IMG/VR virus record: IMGVR_UViG_3300032305_001540
Location: 1 to 30,587 of that record
Source of the DNA: a virus
Taxonomy: Duplodnaviria; Caudoviricetes
Reading direction: 5' to 3' (one strand)
Length of the DNA: 30,587 nt
In this document: piece by piece, positions 18,454 through 25,605 of the stretch
Layout of the letters: every line of letters begins with the position of its first letter
How positions within the stretch are numbered: position 1 is the stretch's first letter
The notes under the pieces: generated by a model
Database searches by the model: none
The model's input: only the letters and a program-made list of their open reading frames with translations
What the model was told of the DNA's origin: nothing
Translations under genes and position numbers: made by a program

Positions 18454-18461
18454 CAATAACG

Positions 18462-18632
18462 ATGAGATTCGTTATCGCTATCGCTATCGCGATACTCGGC
18501 ACTATCCACGGACTCGTTTCCGTTTGCAACGCTATCAATACCGGTACAACATTCTGGTACGTGAGTTTTCTCACAAGCGTCTTCGTAGTCATCTGCGCGT
18601 CCGGTTATGTGGAAACAGAGTCCAAACCGTAG
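18462..18632 (+). CDS. Small two-TM membrane protein
   Basis: ATG 8 nt after GGAGG; two hydrophobic segments. Confidence 0.7.
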   Translation: MRFVIAIAIAILGTIHGLVSVCNAINTGTTFWYVSFLTSVFVVICASGYVETESKP

Positions 18633-18677
18633 TCACGTGCCCTGCTGGTGGGGCGAAACACCAGCAAGGAGTATGTT

Positions 18678-19034
18678 ATGAACAAGCCTAGTATCCCGGT
18701 GTTTTCACACCTTTATTACGACTATGGATGCATTGCATCACTGTTACTGACATTCCAATGTCATGACAAAGAATTCAGTGTTGATTGTATCCCAGCACAT
18801 GCACGTTACTACCAATGCAATGAGCACGGCATTGCTGTGTACGATGATGACTTTAGAATCCTCAAGGTAGCGCCTATGCAGTCCTACTTCTTGCACAGTT
18901 ATGAAACAGGCATGAAGGTGGAGCGATTCTTCTTGATGCATGTTTACGACAACAATCTGTTGCGTCTTATCCAGCAATCAAAGATGACTCCGCTTGTGAC
19001 GGAAAACTCAACAGCGATACCACGATATCACTGA
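18678..19034 (+). CDS. Hypothetical protein
   Basis: ATG after AAGGAG (MNKPSIPV...). Confidence 0.7.
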   Translation: MNKPSIPVFSHLYYDYGCIASLLLTFQCHDKEFSVDCIPAHARYYQCNEHGIAVYDDDFRILKVAPMQSYFLHSYETGMKVERFFLMHVYDNNLLRLIQQSKMTPLVTENSTAIPRYH

Positions 19035-19037
19035 CAC

Positions 19038-19064
19038 GGAGGGGCTTCGGCCCCTCCACCTTTT
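19038..19064 (+). terminator. Intrinsic terminator, cUUCGg loop
   Basis: GGAGGGGC-TTCG-GCCCCTCC followed by ACCTTTT. Confidence 0.85.
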
Positions 19065-19071
19065 GCTGATC

Positions 19072-19230
19072 AAACCACACACGCGCCCCGCTGGTATGCG
19101 TATGATTTAGCTGCCTCACGATTTACACGCCTCACGTAGGTATAGGTGGGTAGTTATGGTGGCGATTGTGCCGTATTGCCTATGATTATGTCAAGCGTTG
19201 CACGTTGATGTAACCGCTTAGACACGGAGG
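19072..19230 (+). repeat. Cassette-head repeat R5
   Basis: CGCTGGTA, CGATTTACA-N7-CGTAGGTAT, TAGTTATGGTG-N19-TATGAT, leader hairpin, GGAGG. Confidence 0.85.
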
Positions 19231-19238
19231 TATTCCAC

Positions 19239-19865
19239 GTGGAATACGATTACCTGACGGAGCGCTTTGGCGCCTCCCGTCCTACGTCATATGACCGTTC
19301 ACACGGCAGTTTTGCGAACGCTGAGCCACACAAAGATTGGTTTGTAGTGCTCGGGCAGAATCGCGACAGTGACGCGCTCGCAAAGTCAAACTTTGAGTGC
19401 GCTACCGATATCCTCAAAGCATGGGGAGACAGCGCGTACACCATTCATCGCTTCGGTCACTGGGGCTGCGGATGGTATGAAGTGCTCATTGTAAATAATG
19501 AGGATGAAAACGCGTGCGGTGACGCTGAAAGTTTGCTTCGTGCACTCGCTGATTATCCTGTAGTGAACGATGAGCACTACAGCGCCAAACAATGCGAGGA
19601 AGGCGAATGCGAGTGCGATTGTTGCCCAAAAGACTGGTGCGATTGCGATTCATGCAAGAAAGCACGCGGTGCTGACGACGACGACGAAGACGGGGATATC
19701 ACCCTCGACGACGACGACGACGACGACATACCAGTCAAGAACGTGGAGCGCAACCAACCATGTCCTAAGTGTGGGCAACCATGCAAACTGACGTCGCTCC
19801 AAGTGCTGGTCGGGTACTCATGCGACCGGTGTATGTACGGGGATAGCAACGACCCCGGGTACTAA
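19239..19865 (+). CDS. Acidic, Cys-rich phage protein
   Basis: GTG 8 nt after GGAGG; FGHWGCGWYE and LADYPVVNDE motifs, a Cys cluster, poly-Asp and CPKC...CDRC. Confidence 0.78.
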   Translation: MEYDYLTERFGASRPTSYDRSHGSFANAEPHKDWFVVLGQNRDSDALAKSNFECATDILKAWGDSAYTIHRFGHWGCGWYEVLIVNNEDENACGDAESLLRALADYPVVNDEHYSAKQCEEGECECDCCPKDWCDCDSCKKARGADDDDEDGDITLDDDDDDDIPVKNVERNQPCPKCGQPCKLTSLQVLVGYSCDRCMYGDSNDPGY

Positions 19866-19868
19866 CAC

Positions 19869-19894
19869 GGAGGGGCTTCGGCCCCTCCTCTTTT
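19869..19894 (+). terminator. UUCG hairpin inside cassette 5
   Basis: GGAGGGGC-TTCG-GCCCCTCC followed by TCTTTT, then directly by an SD. Confidence 0.7.
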
Positions 19895-19908
19895 GAAAGG
19901 ATAGAACA

Positions 19909-20151
19909 ATGAAGAATCAAGACCTCAGCCATGAAATATGGCTACACTACGGCGACGACATGCAAGAGGAAGTTATGGAGAATAAACAACCCATAACGGC
20001 GCAACGATGCGAAGACATTATCTGGGAAGACTTTGAACCTTCCCTCAATGTAATCAGCGGTGCACTCCACAGCATCTTTGCGAGCGTAATCGTAAACGAT
20101 GTGGACTGGGACTACATCGCGAGAATGGTTAACCTCTGCCTGGAGGACTGA
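19909..20151 (+). CDS. Small acidic protein
   Basis: 80 aa, SD GAAAGGA, VDWDYIA motif. Confidence 0.72.
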   Translation: MKNQDLSHEIWLHYGDDMQEEVMENKQPITAQRCEDIIWEDFEPSLNVISGALHSIFASVIVNDVDWDYIARMVNLCLED

Positions 20152-20155
20152 CAAC

Positions 20156-20181
20156 GAGGGGCTTCGGCCCCTCACTTTTTT
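20156..20181 (+). terminator. Intrinsic terminator, cUUCGg loop
   Basis: GAGGGGC-TTCG-GCCCCTC followed by ACTTTTTT. Confidence 0.85.
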
Positions 20182-20189
20182 GATCTGAA

Positions 20190-20324
20190 GCACACGCACA
20201 CCTCGCTGGTATGTACATGTTTCTATTGCCCCACGATTTACAAGCCCCTCGTAGGTATATGTATTAGTTATGGTGCTAGTCTTTGTGCATTCCCTATATA
20301 GATGTAGTCAAGGAGGCTACAACC
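20190..20324 (+). repeat. Cassette-head repeat R6
   Basis: CGCTGGTA, CGATTTACA-N7-CGTAGGTAT, TAGTTATGGTG-N19-TATATA, SD-loop hairpin. Confidence 0.85.
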
Positions 20325-20672
20325 ATGCAGAAACTTATATCTGAGCAGTACAAGGTTATGACCTTGGGCATGCTCATTGACGCAATCGAGATATGCCTTC
20401 CCGCATCTCTCGGCACCGTGTGCCTCAACACGTCTGAGGTATACGACATCTATACCGAGGTGTGCGATGTTACCGTCGATGGCAACCATATGGGAACCAT
20501 CGTTTCCCTCGAGCATACTATTGAGATGTTCGAGCATGCAGATGTAGCACACGAAATGTGGATGTTGCACAACATCCCGCACAATGACTGGCACCTTGCC
20601 ATGACAAAACTGCGTGAAGTATGGAAGATGACCGCAGACCCCAACGCATGGTGCGTTCTCGTTACTGGCTAG
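20325..20672 (+). CDS. Hypothetical protein
   Basis: ATG after AAGGAGG (MQKLISEQY...). Confidence 0.72.
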   Translation: MQKLISEQYKVMTLGMLIDAIEICLPASLGTVCLNTSEVYDIYTEVCDVTVDGNHMGTIVSLEHTIEMFEHADVAHEMWMLHNIPHNDWHLAMTKLREVWKMTADPNAWCVLVTG

Positions 20673-20675
20673 TGT

Positions 20676-20701
20676 GAAGGGGCTTCGGCCCCTTCCTTTT
20701 T
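20676..20701 (+). terminator. UUCG hairpin inside cassette 6
   Basis: GAAGGGGC-TTCG-GCCCCTTC followed by CTTTTT, then directly by GGAGG. Confidence 0.7.
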
Positions 20702-20715
20702 GAATGGAGGAAGAC

Positions 20716-21135
20716 ATGACAGAAGCACAGAAGAAGGTATACGATTCCTTCGTAGTATCGGCTAAGGCATGGTTTGAGATGGAGGCTAAGCGCCTTGAAT
20801 GGACAACCATGAAGAACATCTCTAATCTATGCAAAACATACCTTGCATCGTTTGTAGAGGATGTAGAGGATGGCATCACATGTGTTGATAACAGATTGGT
20901 GCTTGAACTTGGCGTCTTTCATGACTGTTCACGCACACCGACAACAGCATGTGATGGGTGTAGTGAGGTAGAAAGCATCTTCTACTGCATCAGCACCGAC
21001 AGTGACAGCAACGAGCTGTTGCAAGAATGGGAAGCATTGTTCAATGATGACCCATCACCATTCATGCCGGACTGCTTCCGGTGGGATGGGGACAACACAG
21101 ACCCGGACATGCCGGAGGACGAGGACGAAGACTAA
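20716..21135 (+). CDS. Acidic hypothetical protein
   Basis: ATG after GGAGG (MTEAQKK...); ends EDEDED. Confidence 0.72.
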   Translation: MTEAQKKVYDSFVVSAKAWFEMEAKRLEWTTMKNISNLCKTYLASFVEDVEDGITCVDNRLVLELGVFHDCSRTPTTACDGCSEVESIFYCISTDSDSNELLQEWEALFNDDPSPFMPDCFRWDGDNTDPDMPEDEDED

Positions 21136-21137
21136 AT

Positions 21138-21163
21138 GAGGGGAGGCGAAAGCCTCCTCTTTT
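21138..21163 (+). terminator. Intrinsic terminator, GAAA loop
   Basis: GAGGGGAGGC-GAAA-GCCTCCTCTT followed by TT. Confidence 0.8.
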
Positions 21164-21174
21164 CTGTTTTAACA

Positions 21175-21311
21175 GACCCCATGCACGCCTCGCTAGTATG
21201 CACATGGTTGCAGCAGCTCGTGATTTACAGCGCACTCGTAGGTATGGGTATTAGTTATGGTGGCACGTGTTGCGGATTCTATATAACAGTGTTACTAGGA
21301 GGTAACAAAAC
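21175..21311 (+). repeat. Cassette-head repeat R7
   Basis: CGCTAGTA, TGATTTACA-N7-CGTAGGTAT, TAGTTATGGTG-N19-TATAAC, SD-loop hairpin. Confidence 0.85.
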
Positions 21312-21803
21312 ATGGTTAAGTTTCTTATAGCTCTCGCAGAGCTTTTCTCGTCATTCAGCGCCAAGCTTCACGATATGTCGAACGACATAGAGGAGCCAGA
21401 AGCACCTTCCATTGACATCCACGACCACAAGCGCGACATTATTGACATCGTGCAACGCGCTATTAATCGTGGCAACATCGAACTCGGTGATAATAATGTA
21501 TCTACCGATGACATCGATGGGCTGGAAGATTACGTAATGGGTTGCATTCCAGACCCGGAAGAAGCGATTGGTCGCATACTGCGTTTCCGACAGCTTCGCG
21601 ACGTTGTTTTAGATTACGCGACAATGTACGGGCATCATCGCGGTATCAGTCTTACTCGCGAAACTGCACTCCTGAACCAGTACATGCTGGATAGGATTAC
21701 AGCGTGGACGAATGAGCAGACGCATGGCGAGCACGACACGCCTTGTCCTGCTACGCTTAAACTCTCGGACGGGACAACTGTCAGAGAGTTTCGTAATCAC
21801 TAA
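21312..21803 (+). CDS. Acidic hypothetical protein
   Basis: 163 aa, SD AGGAGG. Confidence 0.75.
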   Translation: MVKFLIALAELFSSFSAKLHDMSNDIEEPEAPSIDIHDHKRDIIDIVQRAINRGNIELGDNNVSTDDIDGLEDYVMGCIPDPEEAIGRILRFRQLRDVVLDYATMYGHHRGISLTRETALLNQYMLDRITAWTNEQTHGEHDTPCPATLKLSDGTTVREFRNH

Positions 21804-21806
21804 CAC

Positions 21807-21835
21807 GGTGGGGGCTTCGGCTCCCACCTTTTTTT
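21807..21835 (+). terminator. Intrinsic terminator, cUUCGg loop
   Basis: GGTGGGGGC-TTCG-GCTCCCACC followed by T7. Confidence 0.88.
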
Positions 21836-21844
21836 GTGCTTGGC

Positions 21845-21973
21845 GCACCTCACGCACGCCCCGCTGGTATGTGCTAGTTATGCCACCTCGTGATCTACAC
21901 GCCACACGTAGGTATAGGTGTTAGTTATGGTGCTACCGTGCGCGGATTCTATATTATGTTGGAGGTAAACAGT
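21845..21973 (+). repeat. Cassette-head repeat R8
   Basis: CGCTGGTA, TGATCTACA-N7-CGTAGGTAT, TAGTTATGGTG-N19-TATTAT, GGAGG. Confidence 0.85.
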
Positions 21974-22804
21974 ATGAAACTGGTTACAAAGAACGGCACC
22001 AATGCCGTGAACACCGTGCTTGCTTGGGTAGGCACATCCCCCATCGACGGCGAAACCATCGGTTTGTTTGTTACGGGTCTCAAAAAGACTAACACGCCAA
22101 ACACAAAGACCGATGACATGGTGCAGACATATATCCTGCGCCTTGACATGCATCCCCAAGAAGCGCTCAAGCTTGGCATGGATGCAACCATCTGCGGGGA
22201 TTGTCCACACCGGTACCAAATGCGTACCCGCGTCCGTCGCACCAAACGCGGACAATTGAAGGTAGAAACCAAGCGTGTGCGCACGTGCTACGTTCGCGTT
22301 TCCAACGCGCCGGGTAGCATCTTCGGTGCCTTCATGCGTGGTAACGTCCCAACGGTCTCCCTTGACGTTGTCAATGCAATGGTATTGCGTGCCGATAAAC
22401 CGGTGCGCATGGGCGCCTATGGTGATCCTGCCATGGTTCCTGCCGATGTGTGGGATGCTATCCTTCACAAGGTATCCGCATGGACGGGATACACGCACCA
22501 ATGGCGTCAAGCTTGGTCGCATGGTCTTATTGGACGCGTTATGGCGTCATGCGACAATGCGCAGGATAAGGCGGACGCTATCGCGATGGGATGGCAGGGT
22601 ACATTTACCGTGCTACCGCATGATGACTTTGAGACGCATTTCAAGTCGTTGCGTGGTACGCGTTCATGTCCATCCGATCCACGCTTCAAGGACATAATGG
22701 ACTTGGTTCCATGTGCGTCCTGCAAGGCGTGTATGGGAACGCAACACCGCGCTATCCGGTCGCACGGTAGCACAGGGTTGTGGGTCACACTCAACACAGT
22801 GTGA
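21974..22804 (+). CDS. GP88-like Cys-motif protein (putative metal/Fe-S enzyme)
   Basis: NTKT..MVQTYIL, ICGDCP, CYV, RMGAYGDP, GYTHQW, MASCD, CP..CxxCxxC..HG. Family recalled, not searched. Confidence 0.62.
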   Translation: MKLVTKNGTNAVNTVLAWVGTSPIDGETIGLFVTGLKKTNTPNTKTDDMVQTYILRLDMHPQEALKLGMDATICGDCPHRYQMRTRVRRTKRGQLKVETKRVRTCYVRVSNAPGSIFGAFMRGNVPTVSLDVVNAMVLRADKPVRMGAYGDPAMVPADVWDAILHKVSAWTGYTHQWRQAWSHGLIGRVMASCDNAQDKADAIAMGWQGTFTVLPHDDFETHFKSLRGTRSCPSDPRFKDIMDLVPCASCKACMGTQHRAIRSHGSTGLWVTLNTV

Positions 22805-22810
22805 TCCAAC

Positions 22811-22846
22811 GGGCGGGGGCTTCGGCCTCCGCCCAAACGCCTTTTT
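22811..22846 (+). terminator. UUCG hairpin/terminator
   Basis: GGGCGGGGGC-TTCG-GCCTCCGCCC with a delayed T5. Confidence 0.65.
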
Positions 22847-22847
22847 G

Positions 22848-22969
22848 GCACCCCACGCACGCCCCGCTGGTAATGCATGGATGTAGGGTTATCGATTACT
22901 AACGATCTTACACACACACGTAGGTATGTGACTATAGTTGTGGTCTGGGCGCTACGGTGTTGCATATCA
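22848..22969 (+). repeat. Cassette-head repeat R9 (divergent; no SD or gene follows)
   Basis: CGCTGGTA, CGATCTTACA-N6-CGTAGGTAT, TAGTTGTGGTC-N19-TATCAG. Confidence 0.75.
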
Positions 22970-23073
22970 GGGGGAGGGTGCAGAATCTGCGGGGTTACCC
23001 CTGCGTTTTCTGCGGGGTAGGGGTGCAGAATCTGCGGGGTACCCAAAAGGGGAGGGTGCAGAATCTGCGGGGT
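22970..23073. repeat. Iteron-like cluster
   Basis: GGGTGCAGAATCTGCGGGGT exact at 22976, 23021 and 23054, plus a related inverted copy at 22997-23018. Confidence 0.85.
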
Positions 23074-23290
23074 AGGTAGTTGGTAAGTATTGTTAATGTA
23101 GGACTGCTGGAGAGGCAAGCCCATCCAGACAAACAAAACCAGCCTATGCCGTCCTTAAATTCCCTCAAAAAGCGCCTTTTGCCTAGTCACTGGGCGTTAT
23201 CTCGTCGATCGTTGCGTTGTCCTGTGTATGGTCAACGTGGAAGCGCACAGGATGTATTGTGCGTATAGTTTCCCTTGAGGAGTATTAGCA

Positions 23291-23800
23291 ATGGCTAACA
23301 GTGTAGAGAGTGTTGTCCGTTTGTACGGGTCTGTGTCATCAATCTCGTTGTTCGAGAAGGTTCACATGAATGAAGCGAAGGACGATGTGTTGTTCGAGCG
23401 CTTCCTTGGTGAGGGTGAGTCATCGTGTGGTGCTTATGTTTGTGACGCTTGCTACCGTGAGGGTGCGGATGCTCAGCCATACGAGGCGTCCTTGTACCTG
23501 TACATCGATTCTCGATGGGGTGAGCCTATGGATTGGTTCCGCAAGATCGTTGCGCTTCATCATGACCTCACGTTTGAGATCTCGTGGAGTTCAGCTGAGA
23601 GTTTGTTTGTAGGATCCCTTGATGGTGTTGACGGTCTCGTGACCAAGGAAGAGCATCGCTCAGACCGTGAGTTGACTGTGAACGACCTGTTCATCATGGG
23701 CATTGGTGACTGTGAGGCGTGTGAATGCCCAAGCGTAGAGGTTTTGTTTGGTGAGGAGTGTCCTACTTGCGCTGAGCGTGAGTTGGAGGGAGGTAAGTGA
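23291..23800 (+). CDS. YubB/DUF1281-like ferredoxin-fold domain protein with a C-terminal Cys cluster
   Basis: DSRWGEPMDWFRKIVALHHDLTFEISW resembles the F-x-T-x-W-x-P-P pattern. SD GAGGAG. Confidence 0.55.
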   Translation: MANSVESVVRLYGSVSSISLFEKVHMNEAKDDVLFERFLGEGESSCGAYVCDACYREGADAQPYEASLYLYIDSRWGEPMDWFRKIVALHHDLTFEISWSSAESLFVGSLDGVDGLVTKEEHRSDRELTVNDLFIMGIGDCEACECPSVEVLFGEECPTCAERELEGGK

Positions 23801-24051
23801 TGAAGAACGTAGACCTTTCCGGCTGTGCATCACAGTACGCGATTATAAACATCAAGACGGGTGGCTGTATATCGTTCCACAGCTTTGACATTGCTGAGGC
23901 GGTTGCAGAGGCGGAAGCATGTGTCAGTCCATGCGTCATCATTGACATGGAAACCATGCAGATCATTGACGTGTTTGGTGATGGGGGACGTTTGGTTATC
24001 GGCGCCGGTGGCGTTCTTGTTCGTGAGACGGAGGTAAGTGATGTTGAATAG
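23800..24051 (+). CDS. Hypothetical protein
   Basis: SD GGAGG, TGATG coupling to the upstream gene. Confidence 0.65.
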   Translation: MKNVDLSGCASQYAIINIKTGGCISFHSFDIAEAVAEAEACVSPCVIIDMETMQIIDVFGDGGRLVIGAGGVLVRETEVSDVE

Positions 24052-24514
24052 GATTGTTGGCAATAGCGTATCGGACGCTATCGTAGCGAAGATTCAGTCG
24101 ATGCAGTTGTCATCGTCTGTTGTTTCCCGGATTGCTTGGGAGCATGTCCACGGTTACGAGCTGTGCAAGGCGCTCCTGCCCTTGTGTGAGAAGCACGGGC
24201 TTGTGCTTATGCTCTCGGACGGTGAAGACAAGTACACGATCAGCACACCGACTGACATCATTCCTGTGATGAACCAGTGCGACGAAGAGTACCTGTGCAT
24301 CACGGATGGTGAGGTAAACGAAGAGGACGAAGGTGAGACAACATACGTATCTGTGTTGCTCATTTATGGCAACAACGCGGATGACCCTGAGACAGGACGC
24401 GGAGAGATGGTCGCTGACTGGTCTGGCTGTGCTGACTGGTACGAGATCTTCGACCCAGTGCTGGATGCGTTCATCGACAATCGTGAGGTAGAGGTAGAGG
24501 AGGTAGCAGAATGA
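24041..24514 (+). CDS. Acidic hypothetical phage protein
   Basis: SD GGAGG; LLIYGN...VADWS motif. Confidence 0.7.
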   Translation: MLNRIVGNSVSDAIVAKIQSMQLSSSVVSRIAWEHVHGYELCKALLPLCEKHGLVLMLSDGEDKYTISTPTDIIPVMNQCDEEYLCITDGEVNEEDEGETTYVSVLLIYGNNADDPETGRGEMVADWSGCADWYEIFDPVLDAFIDNREVEVEEVAE

Positions 24515-24825
24515 CAGTACGTGATTTTTACAACATGGTGTTGCGTGATGTGACCAACCTTGATGGCAAGGTAACGCTGACGGTGCATTGCCCCTACGGG
24601 GGCAATAGCCTCCCTGTTGAGATTAACACCATCTCATTCAACAATGACCAGTCAGAGGTCTTCTTCAACCTGTCTCCAGCAGACGGTGTTGAGTTTGAGG
24701 TCTGTGACATACAAGAAGAGGAAGACGACGACGAGCCAGACTTTGGCAAGTGTGGCAAGTGTGGCGAGTGGGTTCACTTCCCTTGCTCTAACTGCATTGC
24801 ACGTGAATTGGAGAGAGGTAGATAA
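24511..24825 (+). CDS. Hypothetical protein with a C-terminal zinc-binding motif
   Basis: ATGA overlap; CGKC...CSNC. Confidence 0.7.
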   Translation: MTVRDFYNMVLRDVTNLDGKVTLTVHCPYGGNSLPVEINTISFNNDQSEVFFNLSPADGVEFEVCDIQEEEDDDEPDFGKCGKCGEWVHFPCSNCIARELERGR

Positions 24826-24827
24826 CG

Positions 24828-25241
24828 ATGACATTTGAAGAGATGATGGCAAGACTGCGCCCACATGCACCAATTTTGGTACAGCTCCTGACTGCAATGC
24901 ACGATCGCCCAGACGTGGCTCAGCTTGACGATTGGGTCTACTGCTGTAGTGAGACGTACGCAACGCTTGGCACACTCCTGTCTGAGTTGCACCCTGCATA
25001 CGATGGGTTGGAGATTCCAACCCTGACGCCAACCCTTGACGGACACAACGCCTTCGAGGAGTTTGTCATCCGGGTCTGGGACGCCATTGCACGTTACAAC
25101 AGCGCATTCGACGGACACAAGTACGACATCGACGAACTGGCAGACATCCTCTTCATGAATATCATGTGTGAACGCGCACCAGACGAGTACGAATGTCGCG
25201 ATGAACCAGCGACAGATGACACTGGTGGAGGAAGGTATTGA
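24828..25241 (+). CDS. Hypothetical protein
   Basis: 137 aa, SD GAGG. Confidence 0.68.
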   Translation: MTFEEMMARLRPHAPILVQLLTAMHDRPDVAQLDDWVYCCSETYATLGTLLSELHPAYDGLEIPTLTPTLDGHNAFEEFVIRVWDAIARYNSAFDGHKYDIDELADILFMNIMCERAPDEYECRDEPATDDTGGGRY

Positions 25242-25242
25242 T

Positions 25243-25605
25243 ATGAGAGTGGACATCACCGTATGGGACGAGATCGGGTGGCGCTTGCCACCTGACCTTA
25301 TCGCTGAAGACTGCCTTGAGAGCGACGAGAGCGCACAACACGTGGCGTTTGAGTTGATTCAGGTGGAGGCGCTGGTGCAGATCTGCAAGGACGCTGACGC
25401 CAACAGGATCCCCGTGCCAGACTTCTCTGTTGAGTTCAACAACAGTGTCTCCGAGTACATTCTCGCGAACGACCTTGAAGCCGACACAATCGACGACTTC
25501 TACTTGACTGTTCACAAGTGGGCTACCAGCGTCAATGAGAGCATCCAGGCACAAGCAGAGCAACAGCTCGAAGATCGCGAATCAGGCGATTACTGGAGAG
25601 AGTAA
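25243..25605 (+). CDS. Acidic hypothetical protein
   Basis: ATG 25243 after GGAGGAAGG (MRVDITVWD...). Confidence 0.68.
   Translation: MRVDITVWDEIGWRLPPDLIAEDCLESDESAQHVAFELIQVEALVQICKDADANRIPVPDFSVEFNNSVSEYILANDLEADTIDDFYLTVHKWATSVNESIQAQAEQQLEDRESGDYWRE

Noticed and set aside
19707-19727. (GAC)7 microsatellite as a phase-variation tract
   Set aside because: It is an in-frame triplet encoding poly-Asp, so length changes would not switch expression.
20154-20252. Exact 11-nt complement between the terminator 5' arm (ACGAGGGGCTT) and the R6 spacer (AAGCCCCTCGT) as an antiterminator
   Set aside because: Seen in one copy only, GC-rich, and located downstream of the termination point, so it could not act co-transcriptionally. 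Probably chance.
16117-22969. CRISPR or TIGR-type guide array
   Set aside because: The repeats are over 100 bp, degenerate and separated by whole genes rather than by short uniform spacers. No cas-like or Nop-domain gene was recognised in the window.
16117-22969. Classical integron
   Set aside because: No tyrosine integrase is visible, no consistent RYYYAAC...GTTRRRY attC ends were found, and the cassettes carry their own promoter-like and terminator signals. Kept only as an analogy.
22507-23268. ORFs spanning R9 and the iterons (22507-23136 minus, 23080-23268 plus)
   Set aside because: The repeated TPQILHP peptide simply reflects the DNA iterons. No convincing SD, and the minus ORF overlaps a real gene in antisense.
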